DNA from: an uncultured Pseudomonadota bacterium
Lineage (GTDB): Bacteria; Pseudomonadota; Alphaproteobacteria; JACZXZ01
Assembly: GCA_963749075.1 (NCBI GenBank)
Contig: CAVVLJ010000016.1
Span: 928,001 to 992,000 of the forward strand
Length of the DNA: 64,000 bases
Direction of reading: 5' to 3'
The position numbers were made by a program, and so were the translations under genes. The notes beneath the pieces were generated by a model. It made no database searches, was not told the origin of the DNA, and saw nothing but the letters and a program-made list of their open reading frames with translations. Shown piece by piece: positions 48,257 through 62,761 of this stretch (the stretch's first letter is position 1; each line of letters starts with the position of its first letter).

Positions 48257-50611
48257 ATGCCCGATACCGCCTCCCTCGTACCGCCCGCCAAGGCGATCGA
48301 GCCCGCGGCGCTCGCCGCCTTGCAGCAGCTCGAGCGCAAGGTGCTGTGGCTCTCCTCCTGGATGATCCACAACGCCAATCACCTGCGCACGAGCCGCGAC
48401 GGGCTCAAGGTGGGCGGCCACCAAGCCTCCTCAGCCTCGGTGGCGACGCTCCTCTCGGCGCTCTATTTCCACGTCCTCAAGCCGGCGGACCGCGTGGCGG
48501 TCAAGCCGCATGCGAGCCCCGTCTTCCACGCCATCCAGTATCTCCTCGGCCACCAGAGCCGGGAGAAGCTCGCCGCCTTCCGCGCCCTCGGCGGCGCCCA
48601 GTCCTATCCCTCGCGCAGCAAGGACGGCGACGACGTCGATTTCTCGACCGGCTCGGTCGGTCTCGGCGTCGCCATGACGAGCTTCGCCTCCCTCGTGCAG
48701 GACTATGTCCGGCTCAAGGGGCTGGCACCCCCGGACGCCGAGGCCGGCCGCATGGTGGCGGTGGTGGGCGACGCGGAGCTCGACGAGGGCAACGTCTACG
48801 AGGCGCTGCTCGAGGGCTGGAAGCACGAGCTGCGCAACGTCTGGTGGGTCATCGACTACAACCGCCAGAGCCTCGACAACGTCATCGCCGACCGCCTCTA
48901 CAGCCGCTTCGACAGCCTCTTCGCCGCCATGAAGTGGCGCGTGGTGACGCTCAAGTACGGCAAGCGCCTGGAGGCGGCCTTCGCGGAGCCGGGCGGGGAG
49001 GCGCTGCGCGAGTGGATCGACGCCTGCCCGAACTCGCTCTATTCGGCGCTCTGCTTCAAGGGGGGTGCCGGCTGGCGCGCGCACCTCGCGGCCGACCTCG
49101 GTGGCAACCCTGCCATCGCGCGCGTCCTTAAGAGCCACGACGACGACGCCCTCCACGCCCTCATGACCAATCTCGCCGGGCACGACATGGCGGCCGTGCT
49201 CGAGGCCTTCGATGCCGCCGAGGGCGACGAGCCCGTCTGCTTCATCGCTTACACGATCAAGGGCTTCGGGCTGCCCTTCGCCGGCCACAAGGACAATCAC
49301 GCCGGCCTCATGAACCGCGAGCAGATGCGGCACTTCAAGGAGATGATGCGCATCGCCGACGGCGAGGAATGGAAGCGCTTCGCCGGCCTCGAGCTGCCGG
49401 CCGACGAGCTGCAGCGCTTCCTCGACCAGGTGCCCTTCGCCGCCCGCTTCCCGCGGCGCTACGAGACGGCGGCGGTCGCCGTGCCGCAGCGCCTCGAGGT
49501 GGCGCACGAGGCGGAGGCCTCGACCCAGGAGGGCTTCGGACGCATCCTCAACGAGATCGCGCGGAGCGGGAGCGAGCTCAGCGCGCGCATCGTCACGACC
49601 TCGCCCGACGTGACCGTATCGACCAACCTGGGGCCCTGGGTCAATCGCCGCGGCATCTTCTCGCGCGTGCGCCGGGAGGACGTGTTCAAGGAGGAGCACG
49701 TGCTCTCGGCTCAGCGCTGGGTGCAGTCGCCCGACGGCCAGCACATCGAGCTCGGCATCGCCGAGAACAACCTCTTCATCCTGCTTGCCGCCTTGGGGCT
49801 CGCCGGGCCGCTCTTCGGCGCGCGCCTGCTGCCGGTGGGGACGCTCTACGATCCCTTCATCAAGCGCGGCCTCGACGCCCTCAACTACGCGCTCTACCAG
49901 GACGCGCGCTTCATGCTGGTGGCGACGCCCTCGGGGCTCACCCTGGCGCCCGAGGGCGGGGCGCACCAGTCGGTCGCCACGCCCCTCATCGGCCTGGGCA
50001 TGCCCAATCTCGAATTCTTCGAGCCGGCCTACGTCGACGAGCTCGCCGAGATCATGCGCTGGGGCTTCGCCTACATGCAGGCGCCGGACGGCCGCTCGCT
50101 CTATCTCCGCCTCTCGACGCGGACGCTGGCGCAGCCGGCGCGGCCGATGAGCGAGGCGACGCGCCAGGCGATCATCGCCGGCGGATACTGGATCGTGCCG
50201 CCGGCGGCCGGCGCCGAGCTCGCCCTCGTCTATAGCGGCGCCGTGGCACCCGAGGCCGCGGAGGCTCACCGCCAGCTCCTCGAGGACCTGCCCGGCGCCG
50301 GGCTGCTTGCCGTCACCTCGGCGAGCCGGCTCCATGCCGACTGGCTGGCGCGGCGCGAGGCGAGCCACGTGGCCGAGCTCCTAGCCCCGCTCTCGCCCGC
50401 GGCAGGGCTCGTCACCTTGATCGACGGCCACCCGGCGACGCTCTCCTGGCTGGGTGCCGTGGCGCGCCATGCCGTGCATCCGCTCGGCGTCGATCATTTC
50501 GGCCAGTCGGGCGACATCCCCGATCTCTACCGCGCCTACGGCCTCGACGCGGACGCCGTCCTCGATGCCGCCGCGGCCCTCGTGCTGAGGGGGCGGCGCG
50601 CGACCGCGTGA
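48257..50611 (+). CDS. AceE-like 2-oxoacid dehydrogenase E1 / transketolase-family TPP enzyme
   Basis: KVGGHQASSAS, QSYPS, STGSVGLG, GDAELDEG (TPP motif), LGIAENN, EGGAHQS, FGQSG. Confidence 0.88.
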   Translation: MPDTASLVPPAKAIEPAALAALQQLERKVLWLSSWMIHNANHLRTSRDGLKVGGHQASSASVATLLSALYFHVLKPADRVAVKPHASPVFHAIQYLLGHQSREKLAAFRALGGAQSYPSRSKDGDDVDFSTGSVGLGVAMTSFASLVQDYVRLKGLAPPDAEAGRMVAVVGDAELDEGNVYEALLEGWKHELRNVWWVIDYNRQSLDNVIADRLYSRFDSLFAAMKWRVVTLKYGKRLEAAFAEPGGEALREWIDACPNSLYSALCFKGGAGWRAHLAADLGGNPAIARVLKSHDDDALHALMTNLAGHDMAAVLEAFDAAEGDEPVCFIAYTIKGFGLPFAGHKDNHAGLMNREQMRHFKEMMRIADGEEWKRFAGLELPADELQRFLDQVPFAARFPRRYETAAVAVPQRLEVAHEAEASTQEGFGRILNEIARSGSELSARIVTTSPDVTVSTNLGPWVNRRGIFSRVRREDVFKEEHVLSAQRWVQSPDGQHIELGIAENNLFILLAALGLAGPLFGARLLPVGTLYDPFIKRGLDALNYALYQDARFMLVATPSGLTLAPEGGAHQSVATPLIGLGMPNLEFFEPAYVDELAEIMRWGFAYMQAPDGRSLYLRLSTRTLAQPARPMSEATRQAIIAGGYWIVPPAAGAELALVYSGAVAPEAAEAHRQLLEDLPGAGLLAVTSASRLHADWLARREASHVAELLAPLSPAAGLVTLIDGHPATLSWLGAVARHAVHPLGVDHFGQSGDIPDLYRAYGLDADAVLDAAAALVLRGRRATA

Positions 50612-50711
50612 GGGTACTGCTGCCGGGCGGCCCGCGGCCACGGCGCCAGCGCTGCCCCTTGAACCCGGGGTGCGGAGGGCTTAATAGAAGCCCCCGGCGT
50701 GCCCTCGCGCT

Positions 50712-50798
50712 GCGGGCGTGGCGGAACTGGTAGACGCGCCAGGTTTAGGTCCTGGTGACCGCGAGGTCGTGGGGGTTCAAGTCCCTCCGCCCGCACCA
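50712..50798 (+). tRNA. tRNA-Leu (UAG)
   Basis: GCGGGCGTGGCGGAACTGGTAGACGCG, anticodon arm CCAGG-TT-TAG-GT-CCTGG, long variable arm, GGTTCAAGTCC, ACCA. Confidence 0.95.
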
Positions 50799-50847
50799 GG
50801 GACGCGCTTCAAGCGAAGATGTTCAGCCCCTAGCTGTCGGGATCGAG

Positions 50848-52197
50848 ATGCAGGTAACGCAAACGGCGGTCGACGGCCTCAAGCACGAGTTCAAGGTCGT
50901 GGTCAGCGCGGACGACATCGAGGCGAGGGTGAGCACGCGGTTGGCGGAGCTCGCCAACCAGGTGCGCGTGCCCGGTTTCCGGCCGGGCAAGGTGCCGCTC
51001 GCCGTGCTCAAGCGGCGCTACGGCGATTCGGTGCTCGGCGAGGTCGTCGAGCGCGCGGTCGCCGACAGCTCCGAGAAGGCGATCAGCGAGCAAGGCCTGC
51101 GCCCGGCGCTGCGCCCCAAGATCGAGATCACCTCGTTCGAGAAGGGCAGCGACCTCGAATACAATATGGCGCTCGAAGTGCTGCCCAAGATCGAGCCGGT
51201 CGACTTCACGACGCTCACGCTCGAGCGGCTGACGGCCGAGGTGAGCGAGGAGGAGGTCGCCGACGCGCTCAAGCGCCTGGCGGCCCAAAGCAAGCGGAGC
51301 GAGCCCGCAGCCGCCGGCCACAAGGCGGAGAAGGGCGACATCGCGGTGATCGACTTCAAGGGCACCATCGCGGGCCAGGGCTTCCCGGGCGGCAGCGCCG
51401 AGGGGCATTACCTCGAGCTCGGCTCCGGCCGCTTCATCCCGGGCTTCGAGGAGCAGCTCGCGGGCCTCGAGGCGGGCGCCGAGAAGACGATCGAGATCAC
51501 TTTCCCCGCCGACTATGCCGTCGAGAGCCTCAAGGGCCGGGAGGCCAGCTTCGCGGTCAGCGTCAAGGAGCTGCGCCGGCCAACGGCGAGCGAGGTGGAC
51601 GACGCGCTGGCCAAGGATCTGGGGCTCGACAGCCTCGAGGCGCTGCGCAAGAACGTGCGCGAGCGCCTGGAGCGCGAGCATGCCGAGCTCTCCAAGGCCA
51701 GGCTCAAGCGGGCGCTCCTCGATGCGCTCGCCGCGGGCCACCACTTTGCCGTGCCCGAGGGTATGGTCGAGATGGAGTTCGCGCAGATCTGGCAGCAGGT
51801 CGAGGAGGGCAGGAAGCGCGGCGAGCTCGACCCCGACGAGGCGGCCAAGGACGAGGCGGCGCTCAAGGCCGACTACCGCGCCATCGCCGAGCGCCGCGTG
51901 CGCCTGGGCCTGCTCCTTTCCGAAGTGGGCCGGCAGCACGATATAAAGGTGGCTGCCGAGGAGATGAACCGCGCCATGTTCGACGAGGCGCGGCGCTTCC
52001 CCGGGCAGGAACGGCAGGTGCTGGAATACTTCAAGCAGTCGCCCGAGGCGCTCGCCCAAGTGCGGGCGCCGCTCTTCGAGGGCAAGGTGGTCGACTTCAT
52101 CCTCGAGCTCGCCAAGCCCAAGGAGCGCAAGGTGACGCTCGCCGAGCTCGTCAAGGAGCCGGAGGAAGTGCGAGCGGAGGCGGCTGCCACCGCTTAG
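50848..52197 (+). CDS. tig: Trigger factor
   Basis: PGFRPGKVP, FKBP-like LELGSGRFIPGFEEQL, AERRVRLGLLL. Confidence 0.97.
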   Translation: MQVTQTAVDGLKHEFKVVVSADDIEARVSTRLAELANQVRVPGFRPGKVPLAVLKRRYGDSVLGEVVERAVADSSEKAISEQGLRPALRPKIEITSFEKGSDLEYNMALEVLPKIEPVDFTTLTLERLTAEVSEEEVADALKRLAAQSKRSEPAAAGHKAEKGDIAVIDFKGTIAGQGFPGGSAEGHYLELGSGRFIPGFEEQLAGLEAGAEKTIEITFPADYAVESLKGREASFAVSVKELRRPTASEVDDALAKDLGLDSLEALRKNVRERLEREHAELSKARLKRALLDALAAGHHFAVPEGMVEMEFAQIWQQVEEGRKRGELDPDEAAKDEAALKADYRAIAERRVRLGLLLSEVGRQHDIKVAAEEMNRAMFDEARRFPGQERQVLEYFKQSPEALAQVRAPLFEGKVVDFILELAKPKERKVTLAELVKEPEEVRAEAAATA

Positions 52198-52248
52198 CGC
52201 GGAGAGTGCGGCAAGGCCGGGAATACGGAAGGAAGGACTGGAAAGGCG

Positions 52249-52893
52249 ATGGTCGAGCGCAGCGAACCCGAGATGCAATACCTCATCCCCATGGTCGTCG
52301 AGCAGACGAGCCGCGGGGAGCGCTCTTACGACATCTACTCGCGTCTGCTCAAGGAGCGCATCATCTTCCTCACCGGGCCCGTCAACGACGCGGTGGCGAG
52401 TCTCGCCTGCGCCCAGCTGCTCTTTCTCGAGTCGGACAACCCGAGCAAGGACATCGCCATCTACATCAATTCGCCGGGCGGCGTCGTGACCTCGGGCCTG
52501 GCGATCTACGACACCATGCAATATGTACGGCCCAACATCATGACCGTGTGCATCGGGCAGGCAGCGAGCATGGGCTCGCTGCTCCTCGCCGCCGGCACCA
52601 AGGGCAAGCGCTTCGCGCTCCCCAATGCGCGCATCATGATCCACCAGCCCTCGGGCGGCGCCCAGGGCCAGGCCACGGACATCGAGATCCAGGCGCGCGA
52701 GATCCTCAACCTTCGCTCAAGGCTCAACCAGATCTACGTCAAGCACACCGGCCAGCCGATCGCGGTGATCGAGCAGGCGGTCGAGCGCGACAAATTCCTC
52801 TCGCCCGACGAGGCGCGCGACTTCGGCCTGGTCGACGAGGTGGTGGTGAGCCGCCCGGTGCCCGCGGACGCCGACAGCGCAGCCAAAGCCTGA
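52249..52893 (+). CDS. clpP: ATP-dependent Clp protease proteolytic subunit
   Basis: [34 protein letters not shown]. Confidence 0.98.
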   Translation: MVERSEPEMQYLIPMVVEQTSRGERSYDIYSRLLKERIIFLTGPVNDAVASLACAQLLFLESDNPSKDIAIYINSPGGVVTSGLAIYDTMQYVRPNIMTVCIGQAASMGSLLLAAGTKGKRFALPNARIMIHQPSGGAQGQATDIEIQAREILNLRSRLNQIYVKHTGQPIAVIEQAVERDKFLSPDEARDFGLVDEVVVSRPVPADADSAAKA

Positions 52894-53109
52894 GCTGCTT
52901 GGAACGCGATTTGCATGAAAAAAGGGGAGAGGCGGACGCCGGCCGTCCGCCGCGCATTCCGCATCTCGGCTCCGTCCGCTCCGACGGAGTCGCGCCCGGG
53001 CGGCAGCGGGAAGGCGCGAATCGGGAATTTTTAGCCATTGTCCCCGGGCGATGGCCGCGGTTAACATGAGGACGCTGCGGCTAGCAGCCCTCCTCGAGAC
53101 GGTGTTGGC

Positions 53110-54375
53110 ATGACCAAGTCTTCCGGCGGCGATTCCAAGAACACCTTGTACTGCTCTTTCTGCGGCAAGAGTCAGCACGAGGTGCGCAAGCTCATCGCGG
53201 GCCCGACCGTGTTCATCTGCGACGAATGCGTCGAGCTCTGCATGGACATCATCCGGGAGGAGCACAAGACGACGCTCGTGCGCTCGCGCGACGGGGTGCC
53301 CACGCCGCGCGACATCCGCCTGGTCCTCGACGACTACGTGATCGGGCAGACCCATGCCAAGAAGGTGCTGTCGGTCGCCGTGCACAATCACTACAAGCGG
53401 CTCGCCCACGGCGCCAAGAACAACGACGTCGAGCTCTCCAAGTCGAACATCCTGCTCGTGGGGCCGACCGGCTCCGGCAAGACGCTCTTGGCACAGACCC
53501 TCGCCCGCATCATCGACGTGCCCTTCACCATGGCGGACGCCACCACGCTGACCGAGGCCGGCTACGTGGGCGAGGACGTGGAGAACATCATCCTCAAGCT
53601 GCTCCAGGCGGCGGACTACAACGTCGAGCGCGCCCAGCGCGGCATCGTCTATATCGACGAGGTCGACAAGATCAGCCGCAAGTCGGACAACCCCTCCATC
53701 ACCCGCGACGTCTCGGGCGAGGGCGTGCAGCAGGCTCTCCTCAAGATCATGGAGGGCACCGTCGCGAGCGTGCCGCCCCAGGGCGGGCGCAAGCATCCGC
53801 AGCAGGAGTTCCTCCAGGTCGACACCACCAACATCCTCTTCGTCTGCGGCGGCGCCTTCGCCGGCCTCGAGAAGATCATCGCCCAGCGCCAGCGCGGCTC
53901 CTCGATCGGCTTCGGAGCCGACGTGCGCGGCCCCGAGGAGCGCCAGACCGGCGAGGTGCTGCGCGACGTCGAGCCCGAGGATCTGCTCAAGTTCGGCCTC
54001 ATCCCCGAGTTCATCGGCCGGCTTCCCGTGGTGGCGACCCTCGACGACCTCGACGAGGAGGCGCTCGTCGAGATCCTCATCAAGCCGAAGAACGCGCTCG
54101 TCAAGCAGTACCAGCGGCTCTTCGAGATGGAGGGCGTCAAGCTCGGCTTCACCGAGGATGCCATGCGCTCGATCGCCAAGAAGGCCATCCTGCGCAAGAC
54201 CGGTGCCCGCGGCCTGCGCTCGATCATGGAGGCCATTCTCCTCGACACCATGTTCGATCTGCCGAGTCTCGACGGCGTGGAGGAAGTCATGATCAACCGC
54301 GAGGTGGTGGACGGCCGCGCCAAGCCGCTCCATATCTATGCGGACCGGCAGAGCGATCTGGGGACGAGCGCCTAA
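53110..54375 (+). CDS. clpX: ATP-dependent Clp protease ATPase subunit
   Basis: CSFCGK zinc finger, [22 protein letters not shown] loop, GARGLR. Confidence 0.98.
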   Translation: MTKSSGGDSKNTLYCSFCGKSQHEVRKLIAGPTVFICDECVELCMDIIREEHKTTLVRSRDGVPTPRDIRLVLDDYVIGQTHAKKVLSVAVHNHYKRLAHGAKNNDVELSKSNILLVGPTGSGKTLLAQTLARIIDVPFTMADATTLTEAGYVGEDVENIILKLLQAADYNVERAQRGIVYIDEVDKISRKSDNPSITRDVSGEGVQQALLKIMEGTVASVPPQGGRKHPQQEFLQVDTTNILFVCGGAFAGLEKIIAQRQRGSSIGFGADVRGPEERQTGEVLRDVEPEDLLKFGLIPEFIGRLPVVATLDDLDEEALVEILIKPKNALVKQYQRLFEMEGVKLGFTEDAMRSIAKKAILRKTGARGLRSIMEAILLDTMFDLPSLDGVEEVMINREVVDGRAKPLHIYADRQSDLGTSA

Positions 54376-54407
54376 AGAGCCGTGCGGGCGGCGGGTGGCC
54401 CCCGCCC

Positions 54408-54436
54408 CTTGATCGGGGGCGCGGCCAAGCCTACCT
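54408..54436 (+). promoter_or_regulatory. Putative RpoH (sigma-32) promoter of lon
   Basis: CTTGAT-N16-CCTACCT resembles the alphaproteobacterial RpoH consensus. Confidence 0.45.
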
Positions 54437-54511
54437 AATATGGTCGTTCGCCCCGGGCCAGCCGGGGCTGCAAGCTAAGGGGCCGGCCGCCGCGCCGGAC
54501 GAAGGGGTCGA

Positions 54512-56920
<2,409 letters not shown>

Positions 56921-56972
56921 GGCAGCGGCGGCCGGGAGCACGGAAGCACTTGCCCGCGGCGCGGCTCGTCAA

Positions 56973-57000
56973 TTGACGCTGCAAATGGCCGCGACTAAGA
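56973..57000 (+). promoter_or_regulatory. Putative sigma-70 promoter of hupB
   Basis: TTGACG-N16-CTAAGA. Confidence 0.4.
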
Positions 57001-57070
57001 TGACGGCGTCGTTCGCTATTTGGTTTCTCAAGCTTTTCCATAGCTTCCACTCGTAAGGGGGGGCCCCAAG

Positions 57071-57343
57071 GTGAATAAGAACGATCTCGTTGCCGCGGTG
57101 GCGGCCAGCACCGGTTTGTCCAAGGGCGACGCCGACAAGGCGGTCGATGCGGTGTTCGATTCGATCACCCACTCCCTCAAGAGCGGCAACGAGGTGCGCC
57201 TCGTCGGCTTCGGCACTTTCGTGGTGACCAGGCGCGCGGCATCCGAGGGCCGCAACCCGCGCACCGGCGAGAAGATCGCCATCCCCGCCTCCATGCAGCC
57301 CAAGTTCAAGGCGGGCAAGGGGTTGAAGGACGCGGTCAACTGA
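57071..57343 (+). CDS. hupB: DNA-binding protein HU
   Basis: MNKNDLV...VRLVGFGTF...GRNPRTGEKI...FKAGKGLKDAVN; GTG start. Confidence 0.96.
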   Translation: MNKNDLVAAVAASTGLSKGDADKAVDAVFDSITHSLKSGNEVRLVGFGTFVVTRRAASEGRNPRTGEKIAIPASMQPKFKAGKGLKDAVN

Positions 57344-57609
57344 CGGCCGCGCGCCCCAGGTAAAATCCGCAGCGCCGATGCCGAGACGTGCGCCCGCGGG
57401 CCGGGCGTGCGGAGAGGCGCATTCTGCAAAGGGCTTTTTGCATCGTGCGAATGGCGCCGGGCCGCCGCGGCTTGCCCGCCTGGGCCGCGGGCGCCTATAT
57501 AATGCCGCATGCGCCGGCAGCGTCTCGCGGAGACCACGATTGCATTCCAGCTGTTTCAATGGCTTAAAGTGAGCTGCTTGGCCAAGGCAACGCCGGGGGT
57601 CACAGCGGC

Positions 57610-57684
57610 GGGCGGTTAGCTCAGCGGTAGAGCACCTGCCTTACACGCAGGGTGCCGGCGGTTCGAATCCGTCACCGCCCACCA
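57610..57684 (+). tRNA. tRNA-Val (UAC)
   Basis: GGGCGGT...CCTGC-CT-TAC-AC-GCAGG...GGTTCGAATCC...ACCGCCC-A-CCA. Confidence 0.95.
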
Positions 57685-57757
57685 ACGCTCGGTCAGCAAG
57701 GCGAGGCGGGCCGGAGGCTGGAGAGGCGAGGGGGGCAGCGCCTTGCGCCCGCGTTCC

Positions 57758-57785
57758 TTGACACCCCGGGAGCGCTCGTCTAAAT
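57758..57785 (+). promoter_or_regulatory. Putative sigma-70 promoter of tRNA-Asp
   Basis: TTGACA-N16-CTAAAT about 25 bp upstream of the tRNA. Confidence 0.55.
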
Positions 57786-57810
57786 CCAGGCACCCGTGCG
57801 GGCGCCATGC

Positions 57811-57887
57811 GGGGGTGTAGCTCAGTCGGTTAGAGCGCCGGCCTGTCACGCCGGAGGTCGCGGGTTCGAGTCCCGTCGCTCCCGCCA
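57811..57887 (+). tRNA. tRNA-Asp (GUC)
   Basis: GGGGGTG...CCGGC-CT-GTC-AC-GCCGG...GGTTCGAGTCC...CGCTCCC-G-CCA. Confidence 0.95.
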
Positions 57888-58132
57888 TTCCGCCATCGCG
57901 AGTGCGGCCAACGATGACGCGTCGCTGCGTCATAAGGCCGCAGCGGGCGGCGCGGAATTCAGCCGGTCACCCGGCTTCGCTGCAGCGCAAACTGTTCCTT
58001 TTCTTTGCCCGCGCCTGTACATATAGTACGGGCGCCGCGCGGGGACGGACCATCGGGGCTCGTCGCGAGGCGGCGGCATTTCAGCAAGCTGAGGCGGCCT
58101 CGCCGGCCGCCCCAGGCGGGCGGGCGCTGACC

Positions 58133-58498
58133 ATGGCCGAAGTGCTCAGGAACTACCTGCCGATCCTGATCTTTCTCGGGATTGCCGTCGCCGTCTCGGT
58201 CGCCATGGTGGTGGCCTCGCTCGTGATCGCCCGCCAGCGGCCCAACTCCGAGAAGCTCTCGGCCTACGAGTGCGGCTTCGAGGCGTTCGGCGATGCCCGC
58301 GCCAAGTTCGACGTGCGTTACTACCTGGTGGCCATCCTCTTCATCATCTTCGACCTCGAGGTCGCCTTTCTCTTTCCCTGGGCGGTGACGCTCGGGAAGA
58401 TCGGCCTCTTCGGCTTCTGGTCGATGGTCGTCTTCCTCGCCGTGCTCACCGTAGGCTTCGTCTACGAGTGGAAGAAGGGAGCGCTCGAATGGGAGTAG
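58133..58498 (+). CDS. nuoA: NADH-quinone oxidoreductase subunit A
   Basis: [35 protein letters not shown]. Confidence 0.97.
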   Translation: MAEVLRNYLPILIFLGIAVAVSVAMVVASLVIARQRPNSEKLSAYECGFEAFGDARAKFDVRYYLVAILFIIFDLEVAFLFPWAVTLGKIGLFGFWSMVVFLAVLTVGFVYEWKKGALEWE

Positions 58499-59046
58499 AG
58501 CACGAGGCGATGACAGTCGCTCCCGCCCAGGCGCTGGCCCCAGGCGACGCGCAGGATGCCCTCTTGAGGGTCGTGAGCGACGAGCTCACCGACAAGGGCT
58601 TCGTCGTCGCCAACATCGACAAGCTGGTCAATTGGGCACGCACCGGCTCGCTCTGGCCCATGACCTTCGGGCTCGCCTGCTGCGCCATCGAGATGATCCA
58701 CGCCTACATGAGCCGCTACGACCTCGACCGCTTCGGCGTGGTGCCGCGCGCGAGCCCGCGCCAGTCGGACGTGATGATCGTCGCGGGCACCCTGTGCAAC
58801 AAGATGGCGCCGGCGCTGCGCAAGGTCTACGACCAGATGGCCGAGCCGCGCTGGGTGATCTCCATGGGCTCCTGCGCCAACGGCGGCGGCTATTACCACT
58901 ACTCCTACTCGGTCGTGCGCGGGTGCGACCGCATCGTCCCCGTCGACATCTACGTGCCCGGCTGTCCCCCCACCGCCGAGGCGCTCGTCTACGGCATCCT
59001 GCAGCTCCAGAAGAAGATCAGGCGCACGGGGACGATCGCGCGCTAG
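58489..59046 (+). CDS. nuoB: NADH-quinone oxidoreductase subunit B
   Basis: [26 protein letters not shown]. Confidence 0.97.
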   Translation: MGVEHEAMTVAPAQALAPGDAQDALLRVVSDELTDKGFVVANIDKLVNWARTGSLWPMTFGLACCAIEMIHAYMSRYDLDRFGVVPRASPRQSDVMIVAGTLCNKMAPALRKVYDQMAEPRWVISMGSCANGGGYYHYSYSVVRGCDRIVPVDIYVPGCPPTAEALVYGILQLQKKIRRTGTIAR

Positions 59047-59077
59047 CGCGGCCTCCCAGCCGACGCGGAAGACGACC

Positions 59078-59689
59078 ATGGACCAGTCGCTCAAGGATCT
59101 CGGCGATCATGTCGCGGCCGCATTGCCGGGCGAGATTCTCGACGTGGCGGTCGGCCATGGCGAGCTCATGCTGCGCGCGAGACGCCCGGCGATCCTCCGG
59201 GTCCTCGCCTTCCTGCGCGACGACGGGGCGTGCGCCTTCAAGCAGCTCGTCGATGTCTGCGGCGCCGACTATCCCGAGCGGCCGGAGCGCCTCGAGGTCG
59301 TCTACAACCTCCTGAGCCTCGCCCACAACCGGCGCGTCCGCGTCAAGGTGACGACCGACGAGGAGACGCCGGTGCCGTCTGCGACCGCGCTCTTCTCCTC
59401 GGCCATCTGGTTCGAGCGCGAGGCCTGGGACCTCTACGGCGTGTTCTTCGAGAACCATCCGGACCTCAGGCGCATCCTCACCGACTACGGCTTCGAAGGG
59501 CACCCCTTGCGCAAGGACTTCCCGCTCACCGGTTACGTCGAGATGCGCTACGACGATGAGGAGAAGCGTGTCGTCTACGAGCCGGTCAAGCTCACCCAGG
59601 AGTTCCGCACCTTCGACTTCATGAGCCCGTGGGAGGGCATCACCAAGGCCGTGCTTCCCGGCGACGAGAAGGCGGAGGAGAAGCCCTGA
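59078..59689 (+). CDS. nuoC: NADH-quinone oxidoreductase subunit C
   Basis: [32 protein letters not shown]. Confidence 0.97.
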   Translation: MDQSLKDLGDHVAAALPGEILDVAVGHGELMLRARRPAILRVLAFLRDDGACAFKQLVDVCGADYPERPERLEVVYNLLSLAHNRRVRVKVTTDEETPVPSATALFSSAIWFEREAWDLYGVFFENHPDLRRILTDYGFEGHPLRKDFPLTGYVEMRYDDEEKRVVYEPVKLTQEFRTFDFMSPWEGITKAVLPGDEKAEEKP

Positions 59690-60867
59690 TGGGCGAGGTG
59701 CAGATCAAGAACATGACGATGAACTTCGGCCCGCAGCATCCGGCGGCGCACGGGGTTCTGCGCATGGTGCTGGAGATGGACGGCGAGGTGATCGAGCGCG
59801 CCGACCCGCACATCGGCCTCCTCCATCGCGGCACCGAGAAGCTCATCGAGTACAAGACCTACCTCCAGGCCGTGCCCTATTTCGACCGCCTCGACTACGT
59901 CTCGCCCATGGCGCAGGAGCATGCCTTCGCCCTCGCCGTCGAGAAGCTACTCGGTATTGCGCCGCCGCCGCGCGGGCAGTACATCCGCGTGCTCTTCGCC
60001 GAGATCACGCGCATCCTCAATCACCTCCTCAACGTGACCTCCTTCGCCCTCGACGTGGGGGCCATGACGCCCATGCTGTGGGGCTTCGAGCAGCGCGAGA
60101 TACTCATGGAGTTCTACGAGCGCGTCTCGGGCGCGCGCATGCACGCGGCCTATTTCAGGCCCGGCGGCGTGCACCAGGACATGCCCGCGGGGCTGCTCGA
60201 GGACATCGCAATTTGGGCGGAGCAGTTCCCCGCCTTCATCGACGACATGGAGGCGCTCCTCACCGAGAACCGCATCTTCAAGCAGCGCACCGTCGACATC
60301 GGCACGGTGAGCGCCAAGGACGCCTTGGACTGGGGTTTCACCGGTCCCATGCTGCGCGCCTCGGGGATCGCCTGGGACCTGCGCCGGGCGCAGCCCTACG
60401 ACGTCTACGGCGAGATGGATTTCGACGTGCCGGTCGGGCGCAACGGCGACTGCTACGACCGCTATCTCGTGCGCGTCGAGGAGATGCGCCAGTGCCTCCG
60501 GATCATCAAGCAGGCCTGCGAGGGTATGCCCGGCGGCCCCGTCGTGATGCAGAACCACAAGCTGACGCCGCCCTCGCGCGGCGAGATGAAGCGCTCGATG
60601 GAGGCGCTCATCCACCACTTCAAGCTCTATACCGAGGGCTATCACGTGCCGGCCGGCGAGACCTACACCGCCGTCGAGGCGCCCAAGGGCGAGTTCGCCG
60701 TCTACCTCGTGGCCGACGGCACCAACAAGCCCTACCGCTGCCACATCCGCTCGCCGGGCTTTGCCCACCTCCAGGCCATGGACTTCTGCGTCAAGGGCCA
60801 CATGCTGGCCGACGTGGTGGCAATCCTCGGCGCCATGGACATCGTCTTCGGCGAGGTCGACCGGTGA
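59689..60867 (+). CDS. nuoD: NADH-quinone oxidoreductase subunit D
   Basis: [30 protein letters not shown]. Confidence 0.97.
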   Translation: MGEVQIKNMTMNFGPQHPAAHGVLRMVLEMDGEVIERADPHIGLLHRGTEKLIEYKTYLQAVPYFDRLDYVSPMAQEHAFALAVEKLLGIAPPPRGQYIRVLFAEITRILNHLLNVTSFALDVGAMTPMLWGFEQREILMEFYERVSGARMHAAYFRPGGVHQDMPAGLLEDIAIWAEQFPAFIDDMEALLTENRIFKQRTVDIGTVSAKDALDWGFTGPMLRASGIAWDLRRAQPYDVYGEMDFDVPVGRNGDCYDRYLVRVEEMRQCLRIIKQACEGMPGGPVVMQNHKLTPPSRGEMKRSMEALIHHFKLYTEGYHVPAGETYTAVEAPKGEFAVYLVADGTNKPYRCHIRSPGFAHLQAMDFCVKGHMLADVVAILGAMDIVFGEVDR

Positions 60868-61475
60868 GCGGAGGGGTCGCCAACGAGCCCGCGAGCTTCG
60901 CCTTCACGCCGGAGAACCGCGCCAAGGCCGAGGCCCACATCGCCAAATATCCCAAGGGGCGGCAGGCGAGCGCCGTGCTCGCACTCCTCGACCTTGCCCA
61001 GCGCCAGGCGGGGGGCTGGCTGCCCCGTGCTGCGATCGAGCATGTGGCGGGCCTCCTTGCCATGCCGGCGATCCGCGCCTACGAGGTCGCGAGCTTCTAC
61101 TCGATGCTCAGCCTCAAGCCGGTCGGCAAGCATCTCGTGCAGCTCTGCCGCACCACGCCGTGCTGGCTGCGCGGCTCGGACGCCGTGCGCGACGCCTGCA
61201 AGCGGAAGCTCGGCATCGCCATCGGCGAGACGACGGCCGGCGGCAGCTTCACCCTGGTCGAGGTCGAGTGCCTCGGCGGCTGCGTCAATGCGCCCGTGGT
61301 GCAGATCAACGACGATCTCTACGAGGACCTCACGGCGGAGCGCATGGAGGAGATCCTGACCCTGCTCCAGCGCGGCGAGGCAGTGCCCTACGGCGTGCAG
61401 ATCGAGCGCCAGTTCTCGGCGCCGGTGGGCGGCCTCACGACCCTCAAGGAAGCCGGCGCTGCGGAGAAGGCGTGA
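60864..61475 (+). CDS. nuoE: NADH-quinone oxidoreductase subunit E
   Basis: EVASFY, CRTTPC, ECLGGC..AP; GTG start overlapping the nuoD stop. Confidence 0.95.
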   Translation: MSGGVANEPASFAFTPENRAKAEAHIAKYPKGRQASAVLALLDLAQRQAGGWLPRAAIEHVAGLLAMPAIRAYEVASFYSMLSLKPVGKHLVQLCRTTPCWLRGSDAVRDACKRKLGIAIGETTAGGSFTLVEVECLGGCVNAPVVQINDDLYEDLTAERMEEILTLLQRGEAVPYGVQIERQFSAPVGGLTTLKEAGAAEKA

Positions 61476-62752
61476 TGCTCGAGGACAAGGACCGCATCTT
61501 CACCAACCTCTACGGCCAGCACGACTGGCGGCTCGCCGGCGCCAGGCGGCGCGGCAACTGGAGCGGCACCAAGGAGGTGCTTGCCAAGGGCCGCGACTGG
61601 ATCGTCGACGAGGTCAAGAAGTCGGAGTTGCGCGGGCGCGGCGGCGCCGGCTTTCCGGCCGGCCTCAAATGGTCCTTCATGCCCAAGCAGTCGGACGGAC
61701 GGCCGCACTACCTCGTGGTCAATGCCGACGAGTCGGAGCCGGGCACCTGCAAGGACCGCGACATCCTGCGCCACGAGCCCCATCTCCTGCTCGAGGGCTG
61801 CCTCATCGCCGGCTTCGCCATGGGGGCGCACGTCTGCTACGTCTACATCCGCGGCGAGTTCTACCGCGAGGCGGAGAACCTCCAGATCGCCATCGACGAG
61901 GCCTATGCCGCCGGCCTCATCGGCAAGAACGCGAGCGGCTCGGGCTGGGACTACGACGTCCATCTCCACCGCGGCGCCGGCGCCTATATCTGCGGCGAGG
62001 AGACGGCGCTCCTCGAGAGCCTCGAGGGCAAGAAGGGCCAGCCGCGTCTCAAGCCGCCGTTCCCCGCCGCCGTCGGCGTCTACGGCTGCCCCACCACCGT
62101 CACCAACGTCGAGACCGTGGCGGTCTCTCCCGAGATCTGCAAGCGCGGGGCGGCCTGGTTCGCAAGCATCGGCCGGCCCAAGAACACCGGCACCAAGATC
62201 TTCTGCATCTCCGGCCACGTGAACCAGCCGTGCAACGTCGAGGAGGCGATGAGCATCCCCTTGAAGGAGCTCATCGAGCGCCACGCCGGCGGCGTGCGCG
62301 GCGGCTGGGACAACCTCCTCGCCGTGATCCCCGGCGGCTCGTCGGTTCCCTGCATCCCGAAATCCATCTGCGAGACCGTGCTGATGGACTTCGACGCCTT
62401 GCGCGACGTGAAGTCCGGCCTCGGCACCGCGGGCGTCATCGTGATGGACCGCTCGACCGACATCGTCGAGGCGATCTGCCGCCTGGCACTCTTCTACACC
62501 CACGAGAGCTGCGGCCAATGCACGCCCTGCCGCGAGGGCACGGGCTGGATGTGGCGCGTGATGAAGCGCCTGGTGCGCGGCGAGGCGGAGGTCAGGGAGA
62601 TCGACAAGCTCCTCGACGTCTCGACCGAGATCGAGGGCCACACCATCTGCGCGCTGGGCGACGCCGCCGCCTGGCCGATCCAGGGCCTGATCCGCCACTT
62701 CCGGCCCGAGCTCGAGCGGCGCATCGGCGCCTATCGCGCGGCCGCGGAGTAG
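61475..62752 (+). CDS. nuoF: NADH-quinone oxidoreductase subunit F
   Basis: [43 protein letters not shown]. Confidence 0.97.
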   Translation: MLEDKDRIFTNLYGQHDWRLAGARRRGNWSGTKEVLAKGRDWIVDEVKKSELRGRGGAGFPAGLKWSFMPKQSDGRPHYLVVNADESEPGTCKDRDILRHEPHLLLEGCLIAGFAMGAHVCYVYIRGEFYREAENLQIAIDEAYAAGLIGKNASGSGWDYDVHLHRGAGAYICGEETALLESLEGKKGQPRLKPPFPAAVGVYGCPTTVTNVETVAVSPEICKRGAAWFASIGRPKNTGTKIFCISGHVNQPCNVEEAMSIPLKELIERHAGGVRGGWDNLLAVIPGGSSVPCIPKSICETVLMDFDALRDVKSGLGTAGVIVMDRSTDIVEAICRLALFYTHESCGQCTPCREGTGWMWRVMKRLVRGEAEVREIDKLLDVSTEIEGHTICALGDAAAWPIQGLIRHFRPELERRIGAYRAAAE

Positions 62753-62761
62753 GAGGCCGCC